A stretch of 37,622 nucleotides of DNA, from the IMG/VR virus record IMGVR_UViG_3300017646_000199, positions 1-37,622 of that record, one strand, 5' to 3'. The stretch is from a virus (Duplodnaviria > Caudoviricetes). The notes beneath the pieces were generated by a model, which saw only the letters and a list, made by a program, of their open reading frames with translations, had not been told where the DNA came from and did no database searches. Below are positions 16,229 to 25,127 of this stretch, in pieces. Numbering within the stretch: position 1 is the first letter of the stretch; every line of letters begins with the position of its first letter. The position numbers and the translations under genes were made by a program.

Positions 16229-17723
16229 GCTGCCGCCGCGGGCGGGGTCGCTCGGGGATGACGCGCTGGACCTGTGGTATCTCGCGGGGAAGCGCAGCGA
16301 TCCGTGGCAAGCGCTGTCGCTCGACTCGATTTTCTCGGTTGATGAGGCCGGCCGGTGGGTGTGCACGGAGCATGGTGAGCTGGTCGCACGGCAGAACGGC
16401 AAGGGTGACGTGCTGTCGCCGGCGACGCTGGCGCACCTGTACTTGTGGCCGAAGCCGGATGGTGAGCCGAAGACGATCGTTCACACGGCGCACCAGTTCA
16501 AGACGGCGCGTGAGGCGTTCCTGAGGTTGCGGCGGGTGATCACCTCGTCGTCGGCGTTGATGGGTGAGGTCACTCGGATCTCGACCGCGCATGGCGAGGA
16601 GGGGTTCGAGCTCGCGAACGGTAACCGGCTGCTGTACCTGGCGAGGTCGGCGAACTCGGGCGTCGGCTTCACGGTCGACGTGTTGGTCGTCGATGAGGCG
16701 CAGCAGATGTCACAGGCCGCGCTGGACGCGCTGCTGCCGACGATGTCCGCGGTCGAGAACACGCAGATCATCTACACAGGCACGGTGCCGGATGAGCTGA
16801 ACGACTCCGAGGTGTGGGAGGGTGTCCGCGATCGTGGCCGGTCGGGGTCGGATCCTCGGACGGGCTGGATGGAGTTCAGTCCGGAGGGGTCGGATGATCC
16901 TGATCGGGCCGAGCGGATCGATATCCGGGACGAGCGGAACTGGGTCGCGGGGAATCCCGGCCTCGGTCATCGGCCGGGGCTGACGCGGGAAACGATCGAG
17001 GATGAGATCTCGCGGCTCTCGCCGGACTCGGTGCGGCGTCTGCGGTTGAGCGTGTGGCCGAACCGGCGCCCGGTGCAGGCCGCGAAGCTGTCCGAGCTGG
17101 ATCTCGATGTGTGGAAGCGGCATGCACGCGACGACGCCGCGGTCTCGGGCGATGGTGTGGTGCTGTCGCTGGCTCTGGGTCGCGGCGGCGGCTACGGCAC
17201 GATCGGCGCGGCCGTTCGCGCTGACTCGGAGAGCATCGCCGTGGAGCACCTGCACACCGATCGCGGGACGCTGTGGATCGCGCCGATGCTGAAGAAGCTG
17301 AAGGCGGAGCACGGGAACGCGCTCGTCGTGCTCGACCCGAAGAACGCGGCGTCGGTGCTCGGTGCGCTCGAGGCGGCGGGGGTGAAGTACCTCGCGATGA
17401 ATCTCGACGAGATCGCCGCGGCGCACACGCTGTTCATCGAGCACGTGAACGCCGGACTGGTTCCGCACCGGAAGCAGGACGAGGTGACGAAGTCGCTGGA
17501 GCTCGCGACGACGAGGAACATCGGCCGCGCCGGCGTGACGTGGGAGCAGTCGGACAAGACGAAGCCCGTCTCGATGGCGCAGGCCGTGACGTGGGCGCTG
17601 TGGGGCGTTCTGAAGGCTGAGGCGTCTCCGAAGAAGCGAACTCCGCCGCCGCCGGCTGGTGCGGTGCTGCGACGCGATGACGTCGCTCGAGACGAAGTGA
17701 ACCTGGCGACGCTCCGGTTCTGA
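16173..17723 (+). CDS. terL: Terminase large subunit
   Basis: DPWQ, Walker A VARQNGKG, HTAHQFKTA, Walker B VLVVDEAQ, YTGT. Confidence 0.95.
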   Translation: MTNLPKLELVGSQRPRLHRLPPRAGSLGDDALDLWYLAGKRSDPWQALSLDSIFSVDEAGRWVCTEHGELVARQNGKGDVLSPATLAHLYLWPKPDGEPKTIVHTAHQFKTAREAFLRLRRVITSSSALMGEVTRISTAHGEEGFELANGNRLLYLARSANSGVGFTVDVLVVDEAQQMSQAALDALLPTMSAVENTQIIYTGTVPDELNDSEVWEGVRDRGRSGSDPRTGWMEFSPEGSDDPDRAERIDIRDERNWVAGNPGLGHRPGLTRETIEDEISRLSPDSVRRLRLSVWPNRRPVQAAKLSELDLDVWKRHARDDAAVSGDGVVLSLALGRGGGYGTIGAAVRADSESIAVEHLHTDRGTLWIAPMLKKLKAEHGNALVVLDPKNAASVLGALEAAGVKYLAMNLDEIAAAHTLFIEHVNAGLVPHRKQDEVTKSLELATTRNIGRAGVTWEQSDKTKPVSMAQAVTWALWGVLKAEASPKKRTPPPPAGAVLRRDDVARDEVNLATLRF

Positions 17724-17742
17724 CACATGAGGAGGTCCGCCC

Positions 17743-19209
17743 TTGCCCGAGATCGGATATCAGGCGGACCCCAGTGTGGTCACGTGGGGTGCGTTGCTGG
17801 CATGGACGTACGAGAAGAACCCTGACCTGCAGTGGCCTAAGTCGATCGATGTGTACGACCGGATGCGGCGCGAAGACCCGCAGGTGAAGTCGGTCGTGCG
17901 GGCGGTGACGCTGCCGATCCTCCGAACCCGGTGGGAGATCGACGGCACCGGCTGTCGTGAAGAGGTCACGGAGCATGTCGCGAACGACCTGGGTCTGCAG
18001 ATCAAGGGGAAGGCGTTCAAGGCGCCACTGCGGTCGAAGGGCCGGTTCTCGTTCCCGGAGTTCCTGCGGCTTGCGCTGCTGGAGCTGGTGTACGGGCACT
18101 CGATCTTCGAGCAGGTGTACTCGTACGACGACGCAGGCCGTGCGCACCTCGCGAAGCTCGCGTGGCGGCCTCCACGCACGATCTCTGACATTGAGGTCGC
18201 GAAGGACGGCGGGCTCGTCGCGGTGAAGCAGAAGGGTCTCCCGGGAGGACTCCGTCAGGGGATGTTCGTCGGCCGATCGTTCGATGAGATCCGCATCCCC
18301 GTGGACCGACTGGTGGTGTTCGTCAACGAGCGTGAGGGAGCGAACTGGTACGGCGAGTCGCTGCTGCGCGCCGCGTACAAGATGGCGATCCTGAAGGACC
18401 GTGTGCTGCGCATCCAGGCGCTCACCGCGGAGCGCAACGGCCTCGGGCTGCCTGTGGTTACCTCCGCGGCCCCGCCAGAGGGTGATGACTTCGACGCCGC
18501 GGTGAATTGGCTGGACGAGCAGATCGCCGCCGGCCTGAAGCAGGCGAAGGAAGCTCGGGCGGGCGACGCGGCTGGCCTGTCTCTGCCACACGGGGCGACG
18601 TTCCAGTTGGTGGGCGTGAAGGGCAACCTGCCCGACACGGACGCCGCGATCCGTTACTACGACGAGCAGATCGCTCGCGCGGTGCTCGCACACTTCCTGA
18701 ACCTCGGCACCGAGACGGGGTCGTGGGCGCTGGGGTCGACGTTCGCGAACTTCTTCACGGACTCGCTGAACGCGGTCGCGCAGCACATCGCCGATGTGAC
18801 GAACCAGCACGTGATCGAGGACCTTGTCGATCAGAACTGGGGCACGCAGGAGCCGGCGCCTCGTCTGGTGCCCGCGGCGATCGGTGAGCAGCAACCCGTG
18901 ACGGCTGAGTCGATCCGTGCTCTGCTCGAATCGGGTGCGCTGACAAAGGACGCGGAGCTCGAGGAGTTCCTGCGGTCGAAGTATGGGTTGCCGGTGAAGG
19001 GCGAGGCGTCAGTCCAGGACGAAGGCACGGACGCGGAGCGCTCCCGGTTCGTCGCGGAGACCGCGCAGAAGGTCTACCTCGCGACCGACAAGCCGCCGCT
19101 GCGGCAGGACGAAGCGCGCGACATCATCCGGCGCGCCGGAGCGGATCTCAGCGGGGATGGCCCGGACGTGAGCCGCATTGCATCGAACGAGCCTGAGGAG
19201 GCCGCATGA
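17743..19209 (+). CDS. Portal protein (DUF935-like)
   Basis: TTG start with SD GAGGAGG; YGHSIFEQV, YGESLLRAAY, YYDEQIARAVLA, GSWALG. Confidence 0.92.
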   Translation: MPEIGYQADPSVVTWGALLAWTYEKNPDLQWPKSIDVYDRMRREDPQVKSVVRAVTLPILRTRWEIDGTGCREEVTEHVANDLGLQIKGKAFKAPLRSKGRFSFPEFLRLALLELVYGHSIFEQVYSYDDAGRAHLAKLAWRPPRTISDIEVAKDGGLVAVKQKGLPGGLRQGMFVGRSFDEIRIPVDRLVVFVNEREGANWYGESLLRAAYKMAILKDRVLRIQALTAERNGLGLPVVTSAAPPEGDDFDAAVNWLDEQIAAGLKQAKEARAGDAAGLSLPHGATFQLVGVKGNLPDTDAAIRYYDEQIARAVLAHFLNLGTETGSWALGSTFANFFTDSLNAVAQHIADVTNQHVIEDLVDQNWGTQEPAPRLVPAAIGEQQPVTAESIRALLESGALTKDAELEEFLRSKYGLPVKGEASVQDEGTDAERSRFVAETAQKVYLATDKPPLRQDEARDIIRRAGADLSGDGPDVSRIASNEPEEAA

Positions 19210-20492
19210 GCCAGAACGTGAACACGCCGACGCGGCCTCGGGCTGCGGAACGCGCGAAGGCAGACCGCCGCGACCGGCGGTACTGGGGCGACATTGAACC
19301 GCCGAAGTCGAAGGTCGAGTTTTTCAACGCGGTCACGACTGCATCGGCTGACAGCGACGCGACGGTCGCCACGATCCGCATGTACGGCCCGATCGACTCG
19401 TGGGGTGGCTGGTGGGGGATCTCCACCGAGGACGTCGCCCGGGTGCTCGACGCGCTTCCCGCTTCTGTGGAGCAGATCATCCTGCGCATCAACTCGCCTG
19501 GCGGTGAGGTGTGGGAGGCGATGGCGATCCTGAACATGCTCGGCGCGCACCGCGCGGAGGTCACTGCTGTAGTGGACGGGCTGGCAGCGTCGGCCGCGTC
19601 GTTCATCGCCGCGTCTTGCCCAGAGACGGTGATGAGCCCCGGCAGTCAGATGATGATTCATTCGCCGTCGTCGATCGCGTGGGGCAACGCCGCCGAGATG
19701 CGGAAGACCGCCGATTTCCTCGACAAGCTGCAGCAGTCGATGGTCGAGGTCTACGCCGAGAAGGCCGGAGAGAAGGACTGGGCGTCGCTGCTCGAGGCAG
19801 AGACGTGGCTGACCGCGGCGGATGCGGTGGAGCTTGGCCTCGCGGACCGTGTGGACACCGTGCCGGACGCCGGTACCGCGGCGACCGTCGGCGACCAGGA
19901 AGACGAGGCGGACATCCTCATCTTCGCCCCTGAGGACACGGTCACCGACCGGATTCGTGCTGCCGCGGCGTCCGCGCGTGAGACGGCCCCGAAGCCCCCG
20001 AGCTCGACCGAGCCGGGTACCCCCAACCGAAAGGAGACCGTCGTGGCACACGACGACCCCCAGGCTGGCGTCAGTGAGCGGCTCGGCGTGACCGATGCCG
20101 AAGCCGCGGTGGAGACGGCACCGGCCGCCGCCGCGACGATCGAGACGCCGACCAGCACCACCCCCGCACCGTCTGCCGGGCTGCCGGAGGGGCTCGTCGC
20201 GATCGACGCGACGGTCCTCGCGCAGCTGCAGGACAACGCCCGCCAGGGTGCCGAGGCGCGGGCCGAGCAGGACCGGGTGCGCCGCGACGGCATTATCGCG
20301 TCCGCGCTGCAGACCGGTCGTATCACCGCGGAGTCGCGCGACGTGTGGCGTGCGCGGCTCGACAAGGACGAGGAGGGCTTCGCCGAAGTCCTCGCCAGCC
20401 TCCCCGAGAACACGGTGCCGGTCGAGGAGATCGGGCACGCCATCGCGTCGGTTGAGTCCGACGACGCCTACCCCGCGCACTGGAAGCGCTGA
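19206..20492 (+). CDS. ClpP-like head maturation protease fused to scaffold
   Basis: LRINSPGG, VDGLAASAASFI, MMIH, ETWLTAADAVELGLAD. Confidence 0.93.
   Translation: MSQNVNTPTRPRAAERAKADRRDRRYWGDIEPPKSKVEFFNAVTTASADSDATVATIRMYGPIDSWGGWWGISTEDVARVLDALPASVEQIILRINSPGGEVWEAMAILNMLGAHRAEVTAVVDGLAASAASFIAASCPETVMSPGSQMMIHSPSSIAWGNAAEMRKTADFLDKLQQSMVEVYAEKAGEKDWASLLEAETWLTAADAVELGLADRVDTVPDAGTAATVGDQEDEADILIFAPEDTVTDRIRAAAASARETAPKPPSSTEPGTPNRKETVVAHDDPQAGVSERLGVTDAEAAVETAPAAAATIETPTSTTPAPSAGLPEGLVAIDATVLAQLQDNARQGAEARAEQDRVRRDGIIASALQTGRITAESRDVWRARLDKDEEGFAEVLASLPENTVPVEEIGHAIASVESDDAYPAHWKR
20043..20492 (+). CDS. Nested in-frame scaffolding protein (internal start)
   Basis: AAGGAGA directly upstream of an in-frame GTG after the protease domain; coiled C-terminal region. 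Confidence 0.6.
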   Translation: MAHDDPQAGVSERLGVTDAEAAVETAPAAAATIETPTSTTPAPSAGLPEGLVAIDATVLAQLQDNARQGAEARAEQDRVRRDGIIASALQTGRITAESRDVWRARLDKDEEGFAEVLASLPENTVPVEEIGHAIASVESDDAYPAHWKR

Positions 20493-20503
20493 AAGGAGCC
20501 ATC

Positions 20504-20887
20504 ATGGCCAACGAATGCATCCCGGCCTTCCGGCCCGGGGACGACATTACCGCCACCGCTGGCGGTGCGATCACCGGTAAGACGTTCGTCGACATCTCGG
20601 CTGCGCTGAATGTCGCGACCGGCACCCCGATCACGGTGGTCACCGCGACCGCCGCCGGCCTCTCGATCGGTGTCGCGTCGCGTGACACCGCGTCGGGCGG
20701 CAAGCTCCACGTCGTCCGCGGCAAGGGCTCGATCGTTCCCGTCACTGCTGGCGGCACGATCGCGGTCGGCGCCGAGGTCGAGGTCGGTTCCAACGGTCGT
20801 GCCGTCACGATCGCTTCTGGCAAGGCCCGTGGCCGTGCCGTGTCGGCCGGAACGTCCGGTAACGACGTCTTCATCGAGCTCTACTGA
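20504..20887 (+). CDS. Capsid decoration/cement protein (DUF2190-like)
   Basis: Small Gly/Ala/Thr-rich beta protein between scaffold and capsid. Confidence 0.75.
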   Translation: MANECIPAFRPGDDITATAGGAITGKTFVDISAALNVATGTPITVVTATAAGLSIGVASRDTASGGKLHVVRGKGSIVPVTAGGTIAVGAEVEVGSNGRAVTIASGKARGRAVSAGTSGNDVFIELY

Positions 20888-20905
20888 GAAGGGGGAGCAC
20901 ACACC

Positions 20906-21808
20906 ATGGCAACACAGAACGCCGCGGCATACCCGCTCGCTGCGCCCACGGTCAACGGCTCCACCATCACGGTGGAGCAGATGCTGGCCGAGCCGACGCG
21001 CATCACCCGGTACCTGTCAGACATCACCCTCCGCAACTACATCTCGCCGCTGTTCTTCTCGAGCCCCGGCGGGGTCACGGGCGGGGCGGTCATTTACGAC
21101 CAGCTGACGCTCAACGACCTGTTCCCGACCCGTGACGTACAGGAGGTCGCCCCCGGTGGCGAGTTCCCGATCGTCACCTCGGAGAACGGGGAGCCGAAGG
21201 TCGCGGCGGTCGAGAAGCACGGTGGCAAGTTCTTCGTCACCGACGAGGCACGCGACCGCAACGACGGCGGCGTGATCCAGCGTGAGGGCCGCAAGCTCAT
21301 CAATGCGCTGATCCGCCGTCAGGACGCTCGCGCGATCGCGGTCGTGGACGCGGCGCTGTCGGGTCTCGGCTCGCAGACCGTCACCGGCGTGAACTGGAAC
21401 TCCGTGGTCACCGCTGGCACCTCGGCGTCTTCCGCGTCGGCGTACCCCGCCGCGGACTTCGCGAAGGTGCAGCTCCTCGCGGACCAGCAGGAGCTGGGCG
21501 TCGAGATCGACACCTGGGTGCTGAACCCGGCCCAGCTCGCGCAGCTGCGTCTCGTCTACGGCTCGGACTTCGAGGCCGTGGCCGCGTCGTATGGGCTCAC
21601 CTTCCAGGCGTCGAACCGTGTCACCGCGGGTACGGCGTACGCGATCGAGTCTGGCGAGGTCGGCGAGCAGCGGTTCGAGAAGCCACTGTCGACCGAGACG
21701 TGGCGGGAGCCGGAGTCGCAGCGCACGTGGGTGCAGACCGACGCGCGTTTCGTCCAGGTGGTCACGAACCCGTACTCGGTGTTCAAGGTCACCGGGCTCG
21801 CGGGCTGA
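20906..21808 (+). CDS. Major capsid protein
   Basis: EVAPGGEFP, VEKHGGKFFVTDEARDRN; position in the head cluster. Confidence 0.92.
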   Translation: MATQNAAAYPLAAPTVNGSTITVEQMLAEPTRITRYLSDITLRNYISPLFFSSPGGVTGGAVIYDQLTLNDLFPTRDVQEVAPGGEFPIVTSENGEPKVAAVEKHGGKFFVTDEARDRNDGGVIQREGRKLINALIRRQDARAIAVVDAALSGLGSQTVTGVNWNSVVTAGTSASSASAYPAADFAKVQLLADQQELGVEIDTWVLNPAQLAQLRLVYGSDFEAVAASYGLTFQASNRVTAGTAYAIESGEVGEQRFEKPLSTETWREPESQRTWVQTDARFVQVVTNPYSVFKVTGLAG

Positions 21809-22128
21809 TGGCCGCCCGGACGATCGCGACCGGGATCGGCACGTACCAGAACCCGGCCGGCGTGTGGACGTTCGGTCAGCTCGGCGACGAGGTCGACGTG
21901 CACGAGGACGACCTGGAACGGTTCGACCGTCTCAACGTCATCCAGGGCGCGGAGCCCGAGCAGAAGCCCGGGCCCGTCGAGGGTCCGGCTGTCCCGGAGG
22001 GTGACCCCTCCGAGGAGTGGACCGTGAAGGAGCTCGAGGCGTACGCGTCCGAGCACGGCGTCGACCTGAGCGACGCGAAGAACAAGGCCGACAAGCTCGC
22101 CGCGGTCACCGCGGCTGCTTCGGCCTGA
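21808..22128 (+). CDS. Head-associated protein with HeH/Rho-N-like C-terminus
   Basis: PSEEWTVKELEAYASEHGVDLSDAKNKADKLA. Confidence 0.75.
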   Translation: MAARTIATGIGTYQNPAGVWTFGQLGDEVDVHEDDLERFDRLNVIQGAEPEQKPGPVEGPAVPEGDPSEEWTVKELEAYASEHGVDLSDAKNKADKLAAVTAAASA

Positions 22129-22147
22129 TACGAAAGGGGGCGGTGGA

Positions 22148-22510
22148 GTGATCGACCAGAGCGACTTCCCCGAAGTCGATGAGAACGTGGCGCGGCGGCT
22201 GCTTGTCGCGGCGCGCTCCATCGCCCCCTGCATCGACTCGTTCCAGAACGGGTCGGACGAGTGGCTGAACGCGATCGCGATCCTGAAGGGCGTGCTCGCT
22301 GAAGCACCGGCTCCGGGGTCGCGGCGGGTCCGCGCGCAGCGGATCGGTTCGGCGTCCGTGGACTACTGGGACGCGAACACGTGGTCCCGGGAGGACCGGG
22401 CGGCGCTGCGGTCGCTGTGTGCGTCGGCGGCTCCGCTGGGCCTGCCGCGCGGCAGCTTCCCAACTGAGCGGCCTCTGAGCCGCATGTGGCCGGAGACGTA
22501 CGGGTCATGA
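22148..22510 (+). CDS. Head-to-tail adaptor
   Basis: ARSIAPCI, QRIGSASVDY; synteny. Confidence 0.75.
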   Translation: MIDQSDFPEVDENVARRLLVAARSIAPCIDSFQNGSDEWLNAIAILKGVLAEAPAPGSRRVRAQRIGSASVDYWDANTWSREDRAALRSLCASAAPLGLPRGSFPTERPLSRMWPETYGS

Positions 22511-22878
22511 GCGGCATGAGCTTCCCGCACGGCCGCACCGTGTGCCGGCTGCGCGCCGGCATGGTCACAGACCCGTACAACCCGGATGTTCAGATCCCGG
22601 GCGACTGGGACAACCCGGACGTGCTCACCATCCCGGGCGCGTTCATCGCTCAGACATCCACGTCGATGCTCGGCGACGCGACCCGCGAACAGGCGCTCGA
22701 GTCGAAGTCGCTGTTCTGCGACGCCGACGTGGACGTGCGGAAGGGCGACCGCATCCGTGACGGCGATCCTGGCGGCCCGGTCTACAGCATCGACGGCATC
22801 CCGCCGGCGGCAGACACGAACCCATGGACCAACTGGACACCGCCGCGCGAGATCCCACTGACGAGAGCGGTCGGCTGA
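22507..22878 (+). CDS. Head-to-tail stopper
   Basis: DPYN...DW, DVRKGDRI, YSIDGIP; synteny. Confidence 0.78.
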   Translation: MSGMSFPHGRTVCRLRAGMVTDPYNPDVQIPGDWDNPDVLTIPGAFIAQTSTSMLGDATREQALESKSLFCDADVDVRKGDRIRDGDPGGPVYSIDGIPPAADTNPWTNWTPPREIPLTRAVG

Positions 22879-22897
22879 CCGCTGAACGGAGGTCCTC

Positions 22898-23188
22898 ATG
22901 GCACGCAACGGGGGTACCTCGTTCGAGCCGAACCAGCAGTGGTTCGACACCATCCTCCGCAGCGGCCCGGTGCAGGCGATCACGGACGCGGCCGCCGCCC
23001 GGGCTATGGCGAACATGACGGCCAATGCGCCGGTCGATTCCGGTGAGTACCGCGACGGATTCCACATCGAGCATCGCGACTCCCGATATCGGCGGGTCAC
23101 ACGCGTCGTGAACGACGACCCGAAGACGCTCATCATCGAGTCGAAGCGGGGCGTGATGGCGCGCGGCCTGAAAGCGACGAAGTCGTGA
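22898..23188 (+). CDS. HK97 gp10-like tail completion protein
   Basis: APVDSGEYRDG motif. Confidence 0.78.
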   Translation: MARNGGTSFEPNQQWFDTILRSGPVQAITDAAAARAMANMTANAPVDSGEYRDGFHIEHRDSRYRRVTRVVNDDPKTLIIESKRGVMARGLKATKS

Positions 23189-23604
23189 GGGTCACACCAC
23201 CCGATCTGGAGGACTGGCTGGCCGGCTACGTGCGCGCACTGGCCGCGTCCGAGGGCATGACCGTGACGGTCGGCAACAAAGAACCCGCCGACCTCGCGCT
23301 GCCGCTCAAGCGGCCCGTGATCGTGATCCGGGACGACTCCGGGCCACGCCTCGACATCCCCACGTTCGACCGGTCCATCGGCGCATCGGTCCTGGCTGGG
23401 TCGAAGCAGAACGACAAGCCCGCGAACGATCTGGCGCGCTGGCTCGCCGGGGTGCTGTTCGATCTGGATCTGCCGCTCGTGCAGGGCACTCCGATTGCCG
23501 CGGTCGTCCCGGATGGCTGCAACGGCCCATATGCGGTGACCGAGGAGCTCGACGTCGCCCGGCGGTACATGACCGCCGAGTACGTCGTCACCGGCTCCTG
23601 GTGA
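23185..23604 (+). CDS. Tail terminator
   Basis: VIVIRDDSGP; precedes the major tail gene. Confidence 0.75.
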   Translation: MRVTPPDLEDWLAGYVRALAASEGMTVTVGNKEPADLALPLKRPVIVIRDDSGPRLDIPTFDRSIGASVLAGSKQNDKPANDLARWLAGVLFDLDLPLVQGTPIAAVVPDGCNGPYAVTEELDVARRYMTAEYVVTGSW

Positions 23605-23706
23605 GCCGACACCAACCCGATTCACCTGCGGACGCGTCGGCAGCCGACGTGACCGTCCACATGGCCCGGCGCACCGCCTGGCTCTTCCCAACCGAAGGAG
23701 AACACA

Positions 23707-24288
23707 ATGGCTGCTGACGAACAGGGCAACGACCTCGGAGCGGTCGGCGTTCCGATCACTGGCATGGCCGCGTTCGCTCCGATCCTGGAGGCGAACGTCA
23801 TCGCGAAGACCGCTCTCGGCGCGTCTCCGCTCGTGCTGCCCGCGGCGTTCAAGCGCCTCGGACTGTACAAGCAGGACGGTGGTCCTGCGCCCACGCGTGA
23901 GACTGACGACGCGCTCGAGTTCTTCCAGATCGGCTACACCCTCGCCGGCAACGGCAGCCGTGGTGTGACGATCGGTCTGGCCGAGCAGAACCCGACGGTG
24001 CAGGCGCTGCTCGAGGATGCGACGCCGGACGCGAACGGCGTCATCGAGGTGTCGTCCACCCTGCCGGACAACCGTTTCATCCTGCTGGTGGTGACTCGCT
24101 ACCGCAACGGCATGGAGAAGCGTCAGATCGGTGTCGCGTCGATCACCGCGATCGAGCCGGACCAGCAGGAGCGGGGCTCGGTCGAGGGCGCGAACGTGAC
24201 GTTCACGTGGCAGGAGCACGACCTGTTCAACGGTGCGCCGTTCTGGCAGTTCGGGCCGGCGGTCCCGGGAACGGTCGAAGAGGGCTGA
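23707..24288 (+). CDS. Major tail protein
   Basis: Strong SD AAGGAG; FKRLGLYKQDGG; position before the chaperones. Confidence 0.85.
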   Translation: MAADEQGNDLGAVGVPITGMAAFAPILEANVIAKTALGASPLVLPAAFKRLGLYKQDGGPAPTRETDDALEFFQIGYTLAGNGSRGVTIGLAEQNPTVQALLEDATPDANGVIEVSSTLPDNRFILLVVTRYRNGMEKRQIGVASITAIEPDQQERGSVEGANVTFTWQEHDLFNGAPFWQFGPAVPGTVEEG

Positions 24289-24376
24289 CACCAGACCGGC
24301 TGGTCGGGGTGCTATCGGGTCGCCCCGGCCAGCCTCATAACCCGTACCCGAGAACCCCGATGAAGGAGGGCCGCAA

Positions 24377-24760
24377 ATGGCCGCACGCACTACCAAGACC
24401 GCCGCCGCCGAGGTGGAAGAGTACGACTTCGACAGTTGGACCGAGGACGACGAGACGAAAGCGATCGAGGCCATCCGGCCCGACGTGCGGTACGTCATCG
24501 TCGAGCGCACGTTCGTGGGCCGCTTCGGCGACGGCGAGATCGTGAAGCTCCCGCTGTCGATCAGCCTGAACGACATCGATCGGCTGTCGGCGGAATTCCC
24601 GAACCCGGTCGATCAGGTGAAGGAGCTGCTCCGTACGATGGGCGGCGACGCCGCGCTCGAGGTGTTCACCTCGCACGACCTCGCTGAGACGATGGTCCTT
24701 GCCGAGAAGTTCTTCAGCGTGTTCTCGCGGATCGCTGGGGCGTCTCTCCCGGAATCCTGA
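24377..24760 (+). CDS. Tail assembly chaperone (G)
   Basis: Between major tail and tape measure; ends GASLPES. Confidence 0.85.
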   Translation: MAARTTKTAAAEVEEYDFDSWTEDDETKAIEAIRPDVRYVIVERTFVGRFGDGEIVKLPLSISLNDIDRLSAEFPNPVDQVKELLRTMGGDAALEVFTSHDLAETMVLAEKFFSVFSRIAGASLPES

Positions 24761-25119
24761 GCGTCGTCCAAACGGTCCGGGAGCACCGCGGCGTGATCGC
24801 GCGCACTCTGCGTGAGACGTTCGGTGTGGGGCTCTCGGATCTGGGCGACGCAGTCAGCTGGGGTGAGGCGAAGCTTCTCCTCGAGGAGGCCGCGGCCGAC
24901 CCGTCTACCGCGTTCGGTGCGGAGCTCGCCGGCTGGGCGTATCCGGCGTCGATGCGCGATCTGTTGTCGCTCGCGGCGCAGATCGGCAATAAGGACGCGT
25001 TCAAGAAGGTCACGCCGTGGGCGATGCAGAACCCGCGGGGGCCTGCGCATGGTGCGACATCGGAAGAAGTGGCCGCCGCGCAGGCGGAACTGGATAGCGG
25101 CATCGTGTTCGCCGAGTAG
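24748..25119 (+). CDS. Tail assembly chaperone GT extension via -1 frameshift
   Basis: The -1 frame is open from CCCGGAA (24748-24754) as PGILSVVQTVREHRGVIARTLRETFGVGL to TAG 25119. Confidence 0.75.
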   Translation, partial: PGILSVVQTVREHRGVIARTLRETFGVGLSDLGDAVSWGEAKLLLEEAAADPSTAFGAELAGWAYPASMRDLLSLAAQIGNKDAFKKVTPWAMQNPRGPAHGATSEEVAAAQAELDSGIVFAE

Positions 25120-25127
25120 GGGGTGCC

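Noticed and set aside
597-19209. Many proteins end in -AA (ASAAA, PDAA, RGAA, EAVAA, EEAA), resembling ssrA/ClpX tags
   Set aside because: Mostly explained by the next gene's SD plus GCATGA/GCGTGA overlap, and it includes the portal. Only the MerR-type protein's ASAAA remains a weak possibility.
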